A DNA stretch of 43,213 bases from Octopus sinensis (lineage: Eukaryota): the NCBI RefSeq assembly GCF_006345805.1, contig NW_021835011.1:1-43213 (forward strand), read 5' to 3'. The notes below the pieces were generated by a model. It saw nothing but the letters and a program-made list of their open reading frames with translations, was not told the DNA's origin and made no database searches. Numbering within the stretch: the first letter of the stretch is position 1; each line of letters starts with the position of its first letter. Made by a program: the position numbers and the translations under genes. Positions 37,365-43,213 of the stretch are shown piece after piece.

Positions 37365-37815
37365 ATTTATTGTAGTAACTGTGTCAGTAACAGCTGCAAC
37401 GACGACTCTAGAGTTATAAGCAGCACTTGTAGTATCAAGGCAACAGCAGCAACTGCATCAGCGGCAAAAGAAACTGCATCTATGTTGCATCTAATACAGC
37501 AGCAACAGCAGCAGCAGCCGCGGCAGCAGAAGCAAAAGGCTGCATTGAAAACAGCAGCATTTATGGAGGTATCGGCTATATGGCATTTAATACAACTGCA
37601 AAGGAGCAGCACCGGAAGCAGCTATATGGTATTTAATTCAGCAGAAGCGAAAATAGCTGCAGCAGCGACAACAGCAGCAATAATGGATGCAACACTTATA
37701 GTGGTTAGTGCAGCAGCGACATGGAGGCAATAACAAAAGAGAAAAAGCAGCGGCAGCAGCAAAAGCAGCAGTAATAGTAGCAGTAGCTGTAGTATTAATG
37801 AAGAAACAGCAGCAG
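37365..37815. repeat. (CAG/CAA)n low-complexity block
   Basis: Directly visible. Confidence 0.8.
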
Positions 37816-39149
37816 AAATGCCTGTAAGAACTGTTTCTGATTTTGGCACAAGGGACAGTAATTTTAAGGGCAAGGTTTAATGGATTACATTAACCCCAGT
37901 ACGAGACTGGTACTTTACCAATCCTGATGGGTTGAAGCTTATACACACACACACATATATGTATGTGTATATGTAACTATGTGTATTTATGCGTATGCAT
38001 ATATGTATGTATTGTATATGCATATACATGTATCTGTATGTATGTATGTATGTATGTATGTATGTATGTATGTATGTATGTATGTATGTGTGTGTACGTT
38101 ATGTATGAATATTGATTTATATGTATATGTGTATATAGGCATGTATGTATGTATGTATATATATGTTTATGCGCGCGCGTGAGTGCGTGTGGGGTGATTT
38201 TGTCAACTCATGGTTCGTTTTGTTTAATCACAGTTTCAATTTAACCCTGGCGTCTAAGAATAAAAACCAATTTAACCATGACGATTCTTGATCTTTTTTG
38301 GCATAGTATGTCTTGGACTACGCTGTCTAACATCTCCCTTTTCTCAGTCAGCAAGGATAGTTGACAGCTATTTTCATAAAATTGAGTGACTGCATAGAGT
38401 AGGTGTTTCAAATCGTTTCTTTCGGTGTACCTCTTTGTCATACACATCTAGCAATGTTGCTGCACCCCTTATAAAGAATAAATGGTAAAATGATCGGCTA
38501 CCATAAAACAAAGGATCTTTTTGTTGAGAACATAAAACAATGGATAATTCGTTATTAATTAGTAAAGTGCTGGTTTGTACATTCCAACGTAGAGTGGAAA
38601 TCGCCGCAATATTTTGTCTCAGGGAAACTTATCATAGAGACTCACATACTAAAACCCAAGGCTTCACTCAGAATGCCGGTGCAATAATAGATGCAGGGTA
38701 TCGATCTGATTCGGTTTCTTCAGTGACGAATACCTCGGGCACCTTTTGTTTACCGATTTCTACATTGGAACAACTACTTTTAGCCTTGCTCAGAGCGTCC
38801 AGGATATTCATCACTTAGGAGACCAAATAGGTCGAAACATCGTGTCTGGCGGATCCACCGACATTATGAGCGAAGCCTTGTTTCTCTTCTTTCTTTTTTT
38901 CACATTCTTCTCTGTGAGCAAATTCTTTTTAACAAAATATTACAGCTATTGCTGTTCCACATTTGTATGCATGTTAAAAATGCTATACACACCGGTGTTT
39001 TGATTTAAGGCTGTCACAAATATGAGTATTAAATTAATTATTGGTTATGTATAATTTACTGTTAAATATAGCAGCTAAATCTGTCTCAAACATCAGACCT
39101 AATATCCGAAAAAAAAAGACATTGGTTGATGAGGTCCTGATAAGGTCGT

Positions 39150-39778
39150 GCTTCAAACAGCTTACAAGGACGCTGCCATGTGCAAAATACAAGTTTATGA
39201 ATGGTTTTCACACTTTAGGAATGGTCACTTGTTGTTTGAAGACCAACCTCGTTCAGGACGACTGTTGACCTCTCAAACGAGTTAGAATATCAGGAAAATT
39301 GATGAAATGATCATCGAGGACCGTCACCGAACAATTGATGAACTTGTTGATATGACTGGTGTGTCCTGGAGCTCCTGCTAACGAATTTTGAGCGAGGAAT
39401 TGCGAATGAAAAGAATTGCAGCAAAATTTGTGCCTCACTTGCTCACGGAAGATTAAAAGCAGTCACGACTGAACGCATGTTGCGAACTGAAAGAACAGTT
39501 GAAAGTTGATCCGGACCTTTTTTCGAAGGTCATCATTGGTGATGGAGGCTGGTGTGTCGGAATTTGCAGATGTGGAAGAGGCGAAGGAAAAAAACCATGG
39601 AGGCGTTAAAAGGCATCACTTCGCAAGAGTTCCAGCTTCGAATAGTGGAAAACGCGTCTAGATCGATGCATTGCTTTAAATAGAGAATACTTTGAAGGTG
39701 ACAAAAGTGTTAACATGTAAAACTAAGTGGATAAAATGATATTACAAAATTCCGGTTTCACTTGGGTACCTCTCCGTA
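39150..39778 (+). mobile_element. Mariner transposon relic with internal deletion of most of the catalytic domain
   Basis: AYKDAAMCKIQVYEWFSHFRNG...EDQPRSGR (HTH); AAKFVPHLLTED; SKVIIGDGGWC then jumps to FADVEEAK...WKTRLDRCIALNREYFEGD; right end TTCCGG...GGGTACCTCTCCGTA. Confidence 0.88.
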
Positions 39779-39782
39779 TATG

Positions 39783-40107
39783 CTGGCTAGCACTTTGTTG
39801 GTTACGGCGTCGAGGGTTCCAGCTGATCCGATCAACAGAACAGCCTGCTTGTGAAATTAACGTGCAAGTGGCTGAACACTCCACAGACACTGTACCGTTA
39901 ACATAGTTCTCGAGGGGAATCAGCGTAATACCGAGTGTGACAATGCTGGCCCTTTGAGATACAGGTACTACTAATTTTTGCCAGCTGAGTGGACTGGAGC
40001 AACGTGAAATAAAGTGTCTTGCTCAAGGACACAACGCGTCGCCGGGCATTGAACTCACGACTTTACGACCGTGAGCCAAATTCCCTATCTACTAAACTAC
40101 GTGCCTT
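39783..40107 (-). mobile_element. SINE with family C body and family E-type head
   Basis: Body matches 12273-12450; head contains GTGTCTTGCTCAAGGACACAAC and GAACTCACGAC. Confidence 0.82.
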
Positions 40108-40439
40108 CACATATATCAGTATATGACTGTAAATTTTTTTGCATACCGCTAAGCGTATCCTTACTTCAGTTTCAGTACTCCGGACGAAGTTTTCTTCTCT
40201 TCTCATGACGTGTCTTGTTATTGTTGTTGTTGGCGTTTCTGTTCCTGTTCAACCCAAGGACAACCCAGCTCGATGCAGACTTCTGATAAAAGAAGATATT
40301 CAGTCATAACTATCCCATACGAACACCTGGGACTACGTGTTATAATGAATCCTTACCCTCCACCAACTCACTAGGGTATTCTTTTAGGAAAAAAATTGGC
40401 TTTTATCTTATACAGGTCGAGATACCTCTTACGGGCTCC

Positions 40440-40596
40440 TGCTGCGGTTGCTGTTGTTGCTGGTCCTAATGCTGCTGTAGTTGCTGTTGTTGATGCTGTT
40501 ATCAAGGCCACAAAAACTGTTTCCATTGCCGCTGTTGCTGTCATTATTGGAACTGCTACTAATACTACTACTACGACAACCACCACCACCACCACC

Positions 40597-40637
<41 letters not shown>

Positions 40638-40711
40638 AACTACTACTACTACTACTACCACTACTACCACCACCACCACCACCACCACCACTACTATTAC
40701 TACTACTACTG

Positions 40712-40751
<40 letters not shown>

Positions 40752-40864
40752 CACCACCACCACTACTACTACTGCCTACACTACTACTACCACCACCACC
40801 ACCACCACACTACTACTACTACCACCACCAACACCACCACCAAACCACCACCACCACCACCACT

Positions 40865-40896
<32 letters not shown>

Positions 40897-41530
40897 TACT
40901 ACTACTACTACTACTACCACCACCACCATTGCTGTGGCTATTACTGCCGCTGCCGCAAACGCTCCACGCTGAGGCTGCTGTTACTGAGGCAGTTTTCCTT
41001 GTTTTCAAAAAGTCTCATTCCAGTTGCTATGGTTACCACAAATACCAGCGATATTACCAAAGCCATCGCCATTGTCACTATGGCAACCGGCAACACGACG
41101 CTCAACCGCCACAACAGTCGCAACTACTGCAACAACCAGTACCACCGACAGCAACAACACAAACGCCACTACCGCCGCCACCACAACCATCACCACAACC
41201 ATCACCACTACCATCACTACCACCACTACCACCACTACCACCACTACCACCACTGTAGTCATTACCATAATCACAATAAAGACCACCGGCACCATAACCA
41301 CCGACCCCCAACCACCACCACCACCACCACCATAGTCACAATAATCACCACCACCATTATCCTCACCATAAGCACCAACTCAACTCACCACCACCATCAT
41401 CACCAAAGCAAGCACAATTACTACCACCAACACCACTGCCACCACCATCACCACCACCAGCATCACTACCACCAGCATCACTACAACGAAACCATTGCCA
41501 CCCCACCCACTATCACTATCACCATCCCAA
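40440..41530. repeat. (ACT)n/(ACC)n/(CAC)n trinucleotide field
   Basis: Directly visible; open in several frames on both strands. Confidence 0.9.
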
Positions 41531-42315
41531 CGATCATCGGAGCCTCTAAGTGATCAGTTAACATGGTAGAAATACTAGCTAAATCTCCCTCAAGTCGCAC
41601 GTTAGCGTTGCATAATATAGACATTTGTTCCATAAACAAAATACATAAACAAGATGGTCACAATTGGAACGCCTTTCATTGTGAGTCTCTCCAATCACGA
41701 TTGAATTGGGCCTGAACTACGACAACAAAAATATGCCAACACCACAACCAGGACAACAACCTGAGACACCTCTGCCATCAGCTTACACACCACCACCACC
41801 ACCACCACCAAGCCAAATGAAGACACTGCTACCACTAGCACCACCACCACAACATCAACTAACGCTACCATCTCCATCGCCATTATCAGCACTAGCGCTA
41901 CCAACGGGCGAAGGATCCTCTGCAGAGACTTTGGAGCTGCTAGAAATATTTATCAAATCGTCCTCAATTTTCACTCCAGTCTGTCATCAAATAGAAAATA
42001 TTGAAAATAAGAGAATCTTGTGTAAAAATAGAGTTTCTAAAAAGTTTCTCTCCTTCTTTCTTTCTCTCTCTCTCTTTCTCCACACACACACACACACGCA
42101 CACGCATGCACGCACATACACACACCCGTGTATTCTTAAATAAGTATATACATGTTCATATGTTTGTATATGTATTTATATATACATGATGTATGTATGT
42201 ACACGTGTGCTTGTGTCTCTACATACATTTATACACACATGCAAATATACATTCATACATACATATACCTATATATACATTATATATACATAAATATATA
42301 TATAAATATATAATA

Positions 42316-42362
<47 letters not shown>

Positions 42363-42364
<2 letters not shown>

Positions 42365-43213
42365 CAGGTGCAGTGAATATATTTTCATCCAAATTACGCA
42401 AAAATGAAAATAAGAGTGACGTCTCATTTTAGCAGATATATTTACCAAGATTACATAAAAGTATTTTGAAATACTAAAGAGTATATTTATTCAACAAAAT
42501 CGCCATTGGCTTTAACCACGGCCTCCAGACGCCTTCAGAATCTTCTGCATCTCTTCCGGACGGTTTCCTTGTTTTGTTTAAGTCGGTGAATCCTTGCCTG
42601 CAGTTCATCTTTGGTGTTACAAAGAGCTTTGTTGGTCCCTCGCTCAACTGTGCCCTACACATAATAATCAAGGGGGTTACAGCCTGGGGAGTTAGGTGGC
42701 CAGGTGTTAGGAGTGATGTGGTCGGAGAAATTGTCTGACAGCCATGACAGGGCTCTCCAGCCTCTGTAGCATGGTGCAGAGTCATGTTGCCAGACATGGA
42801 GTCTTCCAGCAGCCACCCTTTTGACTTACGGCAGCACTACTTCCTCCAGGCACTTGATGTAAGCCTCCGTGTTCAGTCTCAGGCCGCGTGGGAAGATGAA
42901 TAGAGGCATAAAGTCGTCATCAATAGTGTTCACTCCAAACACCATAATGTTGCCTGGATGTTTGATTTTTATCACTCTCGGTGCATGTTTTGGGGACACG
43001 GCAAACCAACGGCAGAATCTTTTCTCGATTGAGAAAAACCAAACCATGTTCGGTTGGAGGGGACGCTTGGGTTTGTTGAAAAGTGTGGTCTTTCCTCTTG
43101 TCCTTGATGGCTTGGGATAAAAAATCGCCCTATCTTCTATGAGGAATACCGAATGTTTTCATGCACTATCTGCCTAATAATAAACTCAGACGCTCTCATG
43201 GCCCTGGCGATGG
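42363..43213 (-). mobile_element. Tc1/mariner-superfamily transposon relic (catalytic domain and right end; runs off the window)
   Basis: WFFS.EK.FC..RWFAVSPK..PRV.K.KHP.NIMVFGV...MP.FIFP.GLRLNTEAYIKCLEEVVLP...VWQHDSAPC...WLSDNF.DHITPN.WPPNSPGCNPLDYYV...RLEAVVKANGDFVE; terminus TACAGGTG at 42363 within a TA run. Confidence 0.9.

Noticed and set aside
38241-38900. TTAA-CCCTGG terminus suggesting a piggyBac end
   Set aside because: No matching second end and no convincing piggyBac DDD motifs in the adjacent translation.
40396-41553. 385-aa Thr/His-rich ORF resembling a mucin
   Set aside because: Starts at TTG, consists of trinucleotide microsatellites and is open in several frames on both strands; no signal peptide or domain.

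Overview
AT-rich, repeat-saturated animal genomic DNA. The SINE and microsatellite repertoire strongly resembles octopus/cephalopod DNA (inference from pattern recognition, no search run). No intact host gene is recognisable, so this is intergenic or large-intron sequence; almost all ORF-track entries are microsatellite artefacts. Recognisable content: decayed fragments of two R4/Dong-type (RLE) LINEs, one RTE LINE 3' end, one Tx1/L1-like 3' end, a Penelope-like RT, three Tc1/mariner relics, a probable Merlin relic and more than 20 tRNA-derived SINE pieces in several modular families. Most interesting observations: (1) a ~1.5 kb CCHC zinc-knuckle (gag/ORF1)-only element with promoter motifs, no RT, and a 3' tail shared with local SINEs and loosely with the Tx1-like LINE; (2) a 464-bp near-perfect palindrome (217-bp arms, 1 mismatch) carrying a hammerhead-like motif, whose spacer is an inverted copy of DNA ~560 bp upstream, consistent with successive template jumps; (3) several dispersed minimal type I hammerhead ribozyme motifs, most with palindromic stem III; (4) two further local templated duplications. 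All alignments, folds and translations were done by eye.
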